From: a virus
Taxonomy: Duplodnaviria > Caudoviricetes
Strand: one strand, 5' to 3'
DNA length: 64,000 nucleotides
IMG/VR virus record: IMGVR_UViG_3300031555_003522
Location: 96,001 to 160,000 of that record
The stretch's first letter is position 1; each line of letters starts with the position of its first letter. Below are positions 49,306-58,974 of the stretch, piece by piece. Below the pieces are notes generated by a model. That model ran no database searches and was not told the DNA's origin. It worked only from the letters and a program-made list of their open reading frames with translations. Position numbers and translations under genes: made by a program.

Positions 49306-51717
49306 ATGGCTAGAAATGAAAGAGCTGCATCAGAAGCCAGTAAGAGACTACAGTCTATAGGTCAGGGTATTGCGTCTAATATGGATGCTCTATATAGAAG
49401 CACTTATATGACAACAACCACCCAGAGTAAAGACCTTCAGGATCTTACTGATAGAATTAATGATAATATTGATCAAATAGTTGCTAGAAATAATGATGCT
49501 CATGGTATTCCTAGTGTTAGTACGCTGTATACCAGAATTGCCAGAAATAACTCAAAAGATCAGAAGAGTTCTGATTTTATAAATGGCTTAGAAAATATGT
49601 TTGATAATGGTATGGTTACAGATGATCTATATGACCTATTCATGAGTAATAGATATTTGAGAGAATTGGATAACGAAATAGATACCATTTGTAAATATAT
49701 GCCTGATCTTGAAGAAGCATTGGCAGTTATGAAAGACTGTGTGCTTTCTGCAGATCACTTCTCCAAAGATTTTCTTAGCCTTACAACTACTTCATCTGGA
49801 GTTCAAGCAACTGTATTTTCCGAAAGGGTTAAAGACCTCAAGAAGAGATATAAACTTCTCCCTCTTGTAGAAGAGATATATGAAAATATGTCTAAATATG
49901 GTGAACAGTTTATCTATCGTGTACCTTATAAAGATGCTATAGGTAGACTATTATCTACAAAACCAGATACTTCTCTTGTTATGCCTCATAGAGGATTGCA
50001 TGAAAGTACTCAGGAAGAAGATAAAAACTCTCTGTTTATGCTTAGTATGAATAATGAATCCTGTACCATTATTGGCATGGATAATCATGAATATTTAAAT
50101 GAGTCTGCGACTATTATTACAGAAGGTACAACTCATGTGTCTAATGGAGAGGATGTTACTACTCCTATGCAGACAAGTATTCTTGATAAGAAAGAATCTT
50201 TCAATATAGGTATAGAAATATGTAGGTCTGGTGTCATAGAGAGTGTTATTTCTGGCTATAGAGATGCTATTGCTAAGAAAACAAAATACACAAATGAATC
50301 TATGATGAAAGCATATGCAGAATCTTCTAAGAAAAATATAGAAGCTAGTGGAAATATAACACTTCCCAAAGATAAGACAGATGGTAGGATACTTACCAAT
50401 GATGGTCTTATCGGAGGAAGTAGACCTGAACCTGTAAAAGTTGATCTTCCTGGTTGTGTTGTTAAAAAGCTTCGCAGAGATCATGTATATCCTATTTATA
50501 TTGAAGATATATGTATGGGATATTATTACTTTGAACTCAGACAGACTGATGAAGCCGATGCTTTTATGGGCTTTAAGAATATATTGGGAGACGTAACCAC
50601 TAATATGAGGAATAGTGGTAACGATGGTCGTACTCCCTTCAATGCTGTAGATAGCCAAAGACAGGATAATACTATTAAGTATGTAGCTGCTCAGCTATCT
50701 AAATTTATTGATAAGCAGTTTGTAAATGCAAATCAGGATATTGGTAAAGAAATTTATATGATACTGAAGTATAATGATCTTTTCAATACTCCTTCTATTG
50801 ATTCTATCAAAGTTACGTTTATTCCTCCTGAAGATATCGTACATTTCTTCTTTAGACAGGATCCGATAACCCATAGAGGTATTTCTGATCTTGAGAAATC
50901 TATGGTTCCTGCAAAGGTATATACTAGTTTGTATATCACATCTGCTATCGGTAATCTGACTAGAGGTTATGATAAGCGAGTATATTATGTAAAGCAAACT
51001 GTAGATACTAATATTGCTAAGAATCTACTCACAACTATATCTCAGATTAAACAGTCTAATTTTGGTATTAGACAATTCCAGAATATTAATCATATTCTAA
51101 ATATTACTGGTAGATTCAATGATTTGGTTATTCCCACCAATGCTTCTGGAGATCCTCCTATTCAGTTTGAGATTATGCCTGGACAAAATATAGAGGTTCC
51201 TACTGAGCTTATGGAAGAACTGAAGTCTAGTGCTGTTAGTAGTACTGGTATTCCTATTGAAATTATTCAGGCTAGACAGTCTATAGACTATGCAATGCAG
51301 TTGACAATGTCTAGCTCCAAAGTTCTTAGACTTTGCTATAAGAGACAGGAGCTGTATGAAGAACAACTTGCTACATTAATAGCACCTATCTATAATTATC
51401 AATATGATGAAAATATTTCTATCAATATTGAACTTCCCCCTCCGACATTTATCAATGTGACGAATACCAATCAGCTTGTAGATAATACTAAGAATTTGGT
51501 ACAATCTTTTGTTGATGTAGATCTTGCTGGAGTGAATGATGATGCATTGAGACAGAAATATAGTAAAGAGTTGTTCAAGCACTATATTGGTACTCATATG
51601 GACATCTCCAGACATCAGGATATTCTTGAAAGATGTAAAATAGAATTAGCAAAAGATAATGATGAATCTCATAGTGATAATGCTGGAAATGAAAATACTG
51701 GAGACGACTATTATTAA
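49306..51717 (+). CDS. Portal protein (phiKZ/AR9-like)
   Basis: 803 aa next to the sheath/tube genes; KYGEQF, RGYDKRVYYV, PIQFEIMPGQ, TGIP features. Confidence 0.7.
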   Translation: MARNERAASEASKRLQSIGQGIASNMDALYRSTYMTTTTQSKDLQDLTDRINDNIDQIVARNNDAHGIPSVSTLYTRIARNNSKDQKSSDFINGLENMFDNGMVTDDLYDLFMSNRYLRELDNEIDTICKYMPDLEEALAVMKDCVLSADHFSKDFLSLTTTSSGVQATVFSERVKDLKKRYKLLPLVEEIYENMSKYGEQFIYRVPYKDAIGRLLSTKPDTSLVMPHRGLHESTQEEDKNSLFMLSMNNESCTIIGMDNHEYLNESATIITEGTTHVSNGEDVTTPMQTSILDKKESFNIGIEICRSGVIESVISGYRDAIAKKTKYTNESMMKAYAESSKKNIEASGNITLPKDKTDGRILTNDGLIGGSRPEPVKVDLPGCVVKKLRRDHVYPIYIEDICMGYYYFELRQTDEADAFMGFKNILGDVTTNMRNSGNDGRTPFNAVDSQRQDNTIKYVAAQLSKFIDKQFVNANQDIGKEIYMILKYNDLFNTPSIDSIKVTFIPPEDIVHFFFRQDPITHRGISDLEKSMVPAKVYTSLYITSAIGNLTRGYDKRVYYVKQTVDTNIAKNLLTTISQIKQSNFGIRQFQNINHILNITGRFNDLVIPTNASGDPPIQFEIMPGQNIEVPTELMEELKSSAVSSTGIPIEIIQARQSIDYAMQLTMSSSKVLRLCYKRQELYEEQLATLIAPIYNYQYDENISINIELPPPTFINVTNTNQLVDNTKNLVQSFVDVDLAGVNDDALRQKYSKELFKHYIGTHMDISRHQDILERCKIELAKDNDESHSDNAGNENTGDDYY

Positions 51718-51763
51718 AAAGAATAATCCCCACTGGATAATTCCAGTGGGGATTTATATTTTA

Positions 51764-52621
51764 TTAGATACTGGTACGAGTAACAGAATCCTGAATCAGC
51801 TTAGTCTGAGCCAGACCACTATGAGCATCGCTAAGAGCAGCATAGTTGTAATCCCAGCTATTACGGTGTACCATCTTGCTATTGGCAGAGGAGTTCATCC
51901 AATCGAGGATCTTCTTTGCACGAGCATTGATAGCGGAACCAGTAATGGGGAATCCACTAAACTCAGCAGAGATTTCCTGGAACTGAACATCACCCTTATT
52001 GCCATTAAAGATAGACAACTGAGCGGTAGTGGGCATACAACCAACAAGGTAGACAGCTCTCTCAACCAGCAGACCAGTATTATCGGTATGCAGGTACAGG
52101 AAGCTAAAGCATTCCTTGTGGAAGCCAGCATCATTTGGCAGAATCTGTCCGTTTTCAAAACCGATCATACCATTATAGGTCTTAAAACCGGTTGCAGGAT
52201 CACGAACAGAACGCAGATACAGTTCATGCATCTTAGTAATAGTTGCACCAGACTTTTCCATGTAGTTCATAGAGAAGTTGGAGCCACCCTGGCCATTAAC
52301 CTTGGTAATGACATTCATAGCCTGGAGACCATTTTCGATAGGAGTAGAATCGGAACTCATATCCTCCAGACCAGAGCCAAATCCACGGAATTCATACTCA
52401 AGAATATGAGTATAGGAATTAACCAGCTGAGCAACCTCAGTATCAGCTTCGGCCATCTTACGCAAGAATTCGGGAATAGAAACCACGATCAGATAAGGAT
52501 AACCACTCTCGTACAGATCAAACTGCTGAAGCTGAGTAAAGTCCGTAGTACCACGGAACAGCGTATAAGCAGTAATATCACGAGGGGTCTTCAGATCGGT
52601 AAACATATTATACTGACCCAT
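51764..52621 (-). CDS. Tail tube protein
   Basis: Directly downstream of the sheath; EKSG..RDPATG, FLYLHTD, GCMPT. Confidence 0.75.
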   Translation of the reverse strand: MGQYNMFTDLKTPRDITAYTLFRGTTDFTQLQQFDLYESGYPYLIVVSIPEFLRKMAEADTEVAQLVNSYTHILEYEFRGFGSGLEDMSSDSTPIENGLQAMNVITKVNGQGGSNFSMNYMEKSGATITKMHELYLRSVRDPATGFKTYNGMIGFENGQILPNDAGFHKECFSFLYLHTDNTGLLVERAVYLVGCMPTTAQLSIFNGNKGDVQFQEISAEFSGFPITGSAINARAKKILDWMNSSANSKMVHRNSWDYNYAALSDAHSGLAQTKLIQDSVTRTSI

Positions 52622-52645
52622 AAGTATTATTCTCCTTTCTTAAGA

Positions 52646-54499
52646 TTAAGATTCGATCTCTTCGGTAGAGAGAGCAACAACCTTAATCATTTCGGTCTGG
52701 ATAAAGTCCTTATATGCGACCTTCAGAACAGCATAGAAGATCTTGTTGACAGAATAAGTTGCATCCTGGACGTACTCCAGAGTCAGAGTATTAAAGTTGC
52801 TACGATAAGCGGCAATGACTTCTTCAACATCAGCCTTATAAGCCTCGAGATCCTCACCCTCAAAGAAGGTATAACGGATAGCAGGGCAACGGGTACGGAT
52901 AGCCTTAACAACTTCCTGAATACCCATGACGTTGTTGACAAAAGACCACTGACTGTACTTCTCCTGAGAGGTGTACAGAGCTTCAATAACCAGACGGTTG
53001 TCGATATAGGAAGCATAGTTTACACGCATATCCTCAAGGATTTCCTTCTGGTTGACAGTGGGACAGATAACAGGAGAGAAGGACAGAGTGCCATAAATGG
53101 CATTGTCAATACTCATGTTATACTTCATACCAGCAGTAGGCAGAATCCGACCATTGTTAATATGCTGGACAAGCTTGATAGCAATGTCGTAGCCAATGGT
53201 GACAGAAATCTGACGCTTGGTATAGGGATCAATGATATCATAAGACTGAGGATAGGTTGCGCAGAACATGCTCTTAGCCTCATCCTTACAATTAGATTCG
53301 ATAGCATTGATAGTGGTAACCTTCAAGCCCTGATCACGGAAGTACATAAAGTCTTCACGGAACATCGCCAGAGCTTCGATGGCACGCTTAACCTTTGCAG
53401 GATAGTTAGCATCGACAATAGCATCAATCTTATACTGATCCATATTGTAGATGACATTATCGAAAGTGCCGTTAAATGCTTCAACAGCCTGATCGGCCCA
53501 AGCATCAACAGCTTCGATGGGGTAGTCACCAAATGCGCCATTGGAACCACCAGACAACATCTGACCATACTCATACTGAAGGTTAATGCCATCAGCATCG
53601 AAAGTAATATTGGGCAGATCGGTACCACGATTGGTGCAGCCAAACAGCACATCGTACTTATACATAGCAGCGGCATCAATAGTGTCGTCGCCAGTAGCAG
53701 CAGCCAGAGCTTCAACATAAGCATCCAGCTGATCGGGGTATTCAATACACTGCAGCTGAGAGGAATTGGTAGAAACCATTCCCTGCAGAGAGATATTGAC
53801 ACCATTAGCAATCAGAGCATGGTTAGCACTGAAGGTCATAGATTCAACCTCAATATTACCTTCAAAGACCTGAAGAGTGTACAGAACATACTCCAGAGAC
53901 TTAGAGACCTTATAGTTGGGGGTGATCTTAATACGCTTCTTGCTAGTACCACGACCATTGTCAGAAATGACATACAGAAGATACTCGCCCTCTGCCAGAT
54001 TTTCGAGAATTGCATCAGCAGCCTCTTTGATAGTTGCGGTATTTTCTGCAGACTTGATGGAATAAGTGACCTTATTCACAGTCTTGGAAACCATATAGGG
54101 AGTCTCAGTAACCTCAACAGTCTGGTTACCCTCGCTGTCAACATACAGCAGAGCGCCAGTTGCATCGGTACCCTGAACTTCGGTTTCCTCCTGAGTGATG
54201 GCGGCAACAATACCCATATTCGCCAGGGTTGCATCTTCAGCTACCAGACGCTTACACAACAGCTCTGCACCAGAGTTGATGGACATAGCGGCCTGCAGCA
54301 GAGGCTGACCATGACGCTTGAAGGAGATACTCTTGCCATACATCTTAAAGAAATCTTCGCCAGAGATACGGGTCCATGCTTCAGTACCCTTATCAGAACT
54401 AAATACAGCACAATACAGAGGCATATTACGGACTTCCGTAATAGGCAATGTAGAAATGCCGCTTTGGTCTTCATATTCAGCAATGAAACCAGGATACAT
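52646..54499 (-). CDS. Contractile tail sheath protein
   Basis: MYPG..YEDQS start, F.KMYG, LSGGSNG, DANYP..VKRAI, PTAG. Confidence 0.85.
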   Translation of the reverse strand: MYPGFIAEYEDQSGISTLPITEVRNMPLYCAVFSSDKGTEAWTRISGEDFFKMYGKSISFKRHGQPLLQAAMSINSGAELLCKRLVAEDATLANMGIVAAITQEETEVQGTDATGALLYVDSEGNQTVEVTETPYMVSKTVNKVTYSIKSAENTATIKEAADAILENLAEGEYLLYVISDNGRGTSKKRIKITPNYKVSKSLEYVLYTLQVFEGNIEVESMTFSANHALIANGVNISLQGMVSTNSSQLQCIEYPDQLDAYVEALAAATGDDTIDAAAMYKYDVLFGCTNRGTDLPNITFDADGINLQYEYGQMLSGGSNGAFGDYPIEAVDAWADQAVEAFNGTFDNVIYNMDQYKIDAIVDANYPAKVKRAIEALAMFREDFMYFRDQGLKVTTINAIESNCKDEAKSMFCATYPQSYDIIDPYTKRQISVTIGYDIAIKLVQHINNGRILPTAGMKYNMSIDNAIYGTLSFSPVICPTVNQKEILEDMRVNYASYIDNRLVIEALYTSQEKYSQWSFVNNVMGIQEVVKAIRTRCPAIRYTFFEGEDLEAYKADVEEVIAAYRSNFNTLTLEYVQDATYSVNKIFYAVLKVAYKDFIQTEMIKVVALSTEEIES

Positions 54500-54597
54500 T
54501 AACGTTTCCTCCTTTATAATATTTATAATTTAAAAAGATCTTTAATGCATAAAATTAGAGCATTACAGCTTTTTATTTTTATGTTATGAATAGCAAA

Positions 54598-55332
54598 TCA
54601 TTCATGAGTACCCATAAGGAGTTTTTCAAGAGGGGAATTAGAATCCGCAGGATTCATAATTGCTCCAACAACGCCCAAATCCCAGTTCTCGCTACTAATA
54701 GAAGCATTGGGAGATATATACTTAGGTAGATCTTTTATACTAATAGCTCTATAAGCCATTTGATCTGTAAACTTAGTATGTCTGAAAGCTACAGAAGGAT
54801 CTGATGCAGATCTAGACATTTCACTAACAACAACACCGAACATCTGCAGACTCATCCCATAAGAAGATCCATTTAATTCAATAGATTCTACAAAGTAATC
54901 CTGCAATTTATTATATGGTATTGTAGTAGGAAGTTTACCGGTAAGAAAGATTCTATAGAAGTCTTCTACGTTTGCAATATTCTGAGGAACCTTGGTAGAT
55001 ACTACAACAGCATCTCCCTTTTCAAATATTAGTAAGCGGTAATCTTGTGCTTCTGTAGCATGCTTTAAACGTAAATTTTTAGATTTCTCGATTCTAGAAG
55101 GCTTACACAAGAAGACTGTGGGAAAGTAAAATCTCTTAAGTCCTATATTAGATCCATCTTCATTAAAGATACTATAGTCTAATATTCCTAAAAGATTTAC
55201 ATATTCGCCCTTAATCTGTGCATCTCCTCTATCGAAGAAAATTTCAGGTACATAAAAAACAAATTGGCCATTTTGATTAAATAAGAGAGAATCTCCATCT
55301 CTCTTTAAAAAGCCAGGTACTTTATATGCCAT
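54598..55332 (-). CDS. Putative RNA polymerase beta-prime C-terminal fragment (virion RNAP)
   Basis: FGVVVSEMSR..ASISSENWDLGVVGA..SPLEKLL resembles the beta-prime C-terminal region; weak similarity. Confidence 0.5.
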   Translation of the reverse strand: MAYKVPGFLKRDGDSLLFNQNGQFVFYVPEIFFDRGDAQIKGEYVNLLGILDYSIFNEDGSNIGLKRFYFPTVFLCKPSRIEKSKNLRLKHATEAQDYRLLIFEKGDAVVVSTKVPQNIANVEDFYRIFLTGKLPTTIPYNKLQDYFVESIELNGSSYGMSLQMFGVVVSEMSRSASDPSVAFRHTKFTDQMAYRAISIKDLPKYISPNASISSENWDLGVVGAIMNPADSNSPLEKLLMGTHE

Positions 55333-55421
55333 ATAAATACCACCTTTTATAAGTATTAATTTAATGTAAAAATAATAAAAAACTAGAAGGGTGAGAATCA
55401 CCCTTCTAATATATAATAGAC

Positions 55422-55907
55422 TTACCAGACTAGTACTCTACCTATAATATTATAAGTAGCTGGGGAGACATTAATTGTTAAAGACCCATTAGTACAGTTC
55501 ACAGAGCAAGATTCAACTAAATCCAAGACAGAAAGATCTGGAATAAATTCTGCGTTAGAACTACCTCTGATCCTAGAATCAGAAATAATTTTTGTTCCAT
55601 TAATTACAAGAATATTATTTAACTCAAATCTATTTCCACTTAAATTTATCCACCCATTTGTTCCGCTATAGATATACAAAGTGCCCGAGTCTAATACAAC
55701 ATAGAGTTTATCAGTAATGGGGGCTAGAATTCTATCTTTTTCATCTTCTGTAGCAATAATTATAGTATCGCTACTCATTTTAATACGCTCACCCTGAGTG
55801 GGACTATCAAAATAAATATTCTTACTATCGACGCAATAATACAAAGCTTCAGACTCATAAGGCTTTGCAGATACGTCATTTTCTGTAAGATCATAATACT
55901 TAATCAA
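55422..55907 (-). CDS. Hypothetical virion-associated protein
   Basis: AAGGAG RBS; in the structural cluster. Confidence 0.7.
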   Translation of the reverse strand: MIKYYDLTENDVSAKPYESEALYYCVDSKNIYFDSPTQGERIKMSSDTIIIATEDEKDRILAPITDKLYVVLDSGTLYIYSGTNGWINLSGNRFELNNILVINGTKIISDSRIRGSSNAEFIPDLSVLDLVESCSVNCTNGSLTINVSPATYNIIGRVLVW

Positions 55908-55993
55908 GTCTATTCAACTCCTTTTTATAGTTTTATTATAATGTGGATAAAATAAGAAGAGAGATCTTTCGATCTCTCTTCTATTTATTTTAA

Positions 55994-57280
55994 TTAGAAG
56001 CTAGTCTTCCAAGTCAGAGCATCAACGACAGCCTTCTCAGAAGTAACCTTCTCGTCAGAAGCAGCATCAGCCTGAGCAGCAAATTCAGCAGAACCGACGA
56101 TATCGGTCTTAGCTACGGCATAGCCCTGGACATAAGCCTGAGCACCAGCCTCGGTAGCCAGTACAGTAGCACCACCGGTCATGGTCTCGCCACCCAGAGT
56201 GTAACCAGAAGCTTCAGCATCGCCTTCAGCAGATGCGCGGATAACCTGGCCAGCAGCGGCAGCGTCGACCTTGTTCATCTTCTTATTGATGGACTCATTC
56301 AGAGCATCACGAACACCAGCAATGTGAGCGGCAACAGCGGCCTCAGTAGCCAGAGTAGTTGCATTGGGAGTCTCAGCCAGAGTAGCAGCACCAGCCTTAA
56401 CACCAGAATCAGCAATGCCACCCTCAGCAGTCAGAGTTGCAACATTACCAGCAGTAGCACCAGCAACCTTATCAACCTTGCCAGACAGATCCTGAGCAGC
56501 AACATACAGACCATTGTCGGTCAGGGTCAGCATATTACCGTCTGCCTCGGAAACAATAGCCTCAGCGGTGAACTCATTACCAGTAACGGTCAGCTGAACA
56601 CCCTTACCGCTCTTAGCAGTGTAGGTATCAACCAGATCGCCAACAGGAATCTCCAGATCTTCAGACTCATCATTGAAGGACAGGATGATCTTCTTAGTCT
56701 CATCATTATAAGTTGCAGATTCTACGAATCTTTCGAGATCCAGGTTAATAGCAGTACCCAGAGCAGTACCCTCAGCGTTCAGAATGGTCAGAGCGCCAGT
56801 AGAAGGATCATATGCCAGGGAAGCTGCAACATTGGTCATGGGCAGATCCTGAGTATTACCATCACCAGTGGTAACCTTCAGAGTATTGGTAGCGGCGGTA
56901 TAAGATACGCCAGTAACAACACTAGCAGAACCAGTAACATTAGCAATCTGCTCGGTGACATAGTCGACAACAGCCTTGCCAGTTACGCCCTGAGTTTCAT
57001 TGGATGCTTCGACAGTATTTGCAACAGGCTTAATGACGGTGGTCCAAGCGGTACCATTCCATATACGGCCTTCCAGAGTTGCAGAGTCGATGTACAGCTT
57101 GCCCATGGCAATGCCAGTGGTGGGAAGCGTAGTATACAGCTCAACAGACTCATTGAACAACTGAGTGCCGCGATACAGTTCGCCAGTATCTTCCAGGAAG
57201 CACAGCATGTCGTTGGTTACTTTGCCAGCCTGGACAGCAGCCTTATATGCGTCACTCTTAATAAAATACCAAGATAACAT
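55994..57280 (-). CDS. Fibre-like structural protein
   Basis: Ala/Thr/Gly-rich; N-terminal half paralogous to 58975-60897, C-terminus to 57386-58957. Confidence 0.75.
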   Translation of the reverse strand: MLSWYFIKSDAYKAAVQAGKVTNDMLCFLEDTGELYRGTQLFNESVELYTTLPTTGIAMGKLYIDSATLEGRIWNGTAWTTVIKPVANTVEASNETQGVTGKAVVDYVTEQIANVTGSASVVTGVSYTAATNTLKVTTGDGNTQDLPMTNVAASLAYDPSTGALTILNAEGTALGTAINLDLERFVESATYNDETKKIILSFNDESEDLEIPVGDLVDTYTAKSGKGVQLTVTGNEFTAEAIVSEADGNMLTLTDNGLYVAAQDLSGKVDKVAGATAGNVATLTAEGGIADSGVKAGAATLAETPNATTLATEAAVAAHIAGVRDALNESINKKMNKVDAAAAGQVIRASAEGDAEASGYTLGGETMTGGATVLATEAGAQAYVQGYAVAKTDIVGSAEFAAQADAASDEKVTSEKAVVDALTWKTSF

Positions 57281-57385
57281 AATTTAGTTTCCTCCTTAAA
57301 TTTAGGTTTAATAAAATGTTTAATTTTTTCCTCATATAGTGATATGTTTTTATATAATGGGGTGGAAAACCACCCCATCAATATA

Positions 57386-58957
57386 TTACATAGTAGTCTT
57401 CCACTGCAACATGCTCAGAAGCAGTTCTTCAGAAACTACCTTACCAGAAGATGCAGCTTCAGCAGACTCTGCAACATTAGCAGAAGTGACAATGTTGGAG
57501 ACCAAAACAGCATTCTCATCAGTGTAAGTCTTTGCGCCAGCAATAGCTTCAGTCTTAACGCCTGCCAGAGTCTCAGTCAGACCAGTGATCTTAGACTGAG
57601 GAACAGCGTTAATAGAAGCAGTACCATTAGCATCGACACCGATAGTAGCACCATCGGGCTTAACACCACCAATGGAATTTACAGTTGCAACAGGAAGCTC
57701 ATAGACCTTGACATCCTGACCGTCAACAGCAATATGACCATTGGTTTCACCAGCAACGACACTCTGTACGGCAGTATCAGCCTTAGCACCCTGCTCAGCA
57801 GTAGCAAAAGCATCAGGATCGTAGGCATCAGTAACAGCCTTTACCTCAGCAATAGCATCAGCAAGCTCCTTTTCCTTGGCCATAGCACGAGTCTCTTCCG
57901 CTTTAACAGCCTCAGCAATGTAGCCAAATACAGTAGTAGCAGTAGCACCCTCGGGCAGAGCACCAACCAGTTCTTCCAGAGCCTTAATAGCAGTAGCATT
58001 GCTATTGATATTTTCATTCATCTTGGTGACATCGGTTGCATGATTCTCAGCCCAATCAACCAGTTCCTTCAGAGTGTCGAGGCCCTCAGAGCCTTCACCA
58101 TCCAGATAAGTACTAATAACCTGAGCAATCTTGTAATCGACGGAACCCTCAGTCTGAGCATTGGCATTCAGAGTCTTAATATCATTTTCGGTCTTAGTAA
58201 CACGATCAGACAGAGCACCTTCAGCATTAGTAGCACGCTCAACCTCTTCGGCCAGCGCCTCATCCTGAGTAGTCTTGTTGTTATCAACCTTAGTGTTGAT
58301 TGCTTCGACTTCCTTCTGCAGGGAAGACATACTGGAAGACAGACCTTCAACGGTAATACGAGAGGGCTCGTACCAAGCCAGCTCATAGCCATTACCGGCA
58401 GCATTAGCAACAGCCTTGGGCTCCAAGCCACCAACCCAGCCCTGGGTCAGTTCATAGTAGCCATTAGTCTGAGGAGTAGTAGTAGCCTGTGCCCAAGCAC
58501 CCTCGAGATACTGATAATAGACATCGCCAATCTTGACATAGTCTCTTTCAGAAGGAGATTCGGGCATAGCATCGGGATAGGTATACTCGCCTTCCAGAAC
58601 GACATCTTCCATGTACTTATAGTACTCGACGCCGAAAGCCTTCAGACCAATAGTGCCACCATCGCCGACAGAAATTGTCTTATCATCACCAACAACACGA
58701 GCACCCAGCTCCTTCAGAGTCTTATCGGGCTCGATAGAGTAATGAGTAACAACACCGTTTTCATAAACGGTGATCTTCTGGCCGATATAATACTTAGTAT
58801 TAGTAGAGCCAGCATTCTCAGCAGTCTGAGCCGCAGCAAAGGCTTCATTATAGCTACCAAACATGCTTCTCACGTCAAGCGGGAATGCACTCTTGGGCTC
58901 AAAGCCAACGGCAAAGCTCAGAATATTAGTTACCTTTTCATAACTATTTGCGCTCAT
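57386..58957 (-). CDS. Fibre-like structural protein
   Basis: AFPLD, LDTLKEL, E..RA..AE coiled-coil repeats, GGVKPDG. Confidence 0.75.
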   Translation of the reverse strand: MSANSYEKVTNILSFAVGFEPKSAFPLDVRSMFGSYNEAFAAAQTAENAGSTNTKYYIGQKITVYENGVVTHYSIEPDKTLKELGARVVGDDKTISVGDGGTIGLKAFGVEYYKYMEDVVLEGEYTYPDAMPESPSERDYVKIGDVYYQYLEGAWAQATTTPQTNGYYELTQGWVGGLEPKAVANAAGNGYELAWYEPSRITVEGLSSSMSSLQKEVEAINTKVDNNKTTQDEALAEEVERATNAEGALSDRVTKTENDIKTLNANAQTEGSVDYKIAQVISTYLDGEGSEGLDTLKELVDWAENHATDVTKMNENINSNATAIKALEELVGALPEGATATTVFGYIAEAVKAEETRAMAKEKELADAIAEVKAVTDAYDPDAFATAEQGAKADTAVQSVVAGETNGHIAVDGQDVKVYELPVATVNSIGGVKPDGATIGVDANGTASINAVPQSKITGLTETLAGVKTEAIAGAKTYTDENAVLVSNIVTSANVAESAEAASSGKVVSEELLLSMLQWKTTM

Positions 58958-58974
58958 TATTCTTTACCTCCTTC

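Noticed and set aside
51659-54502. 947-aa plus-strand ORF, and similar long ORFs at 56324, 57344 and 58948
   Set aside because: Antisense shadows of the sheath, tube and fibre genes caused by codon bias; no RBS or recognisable motifs.
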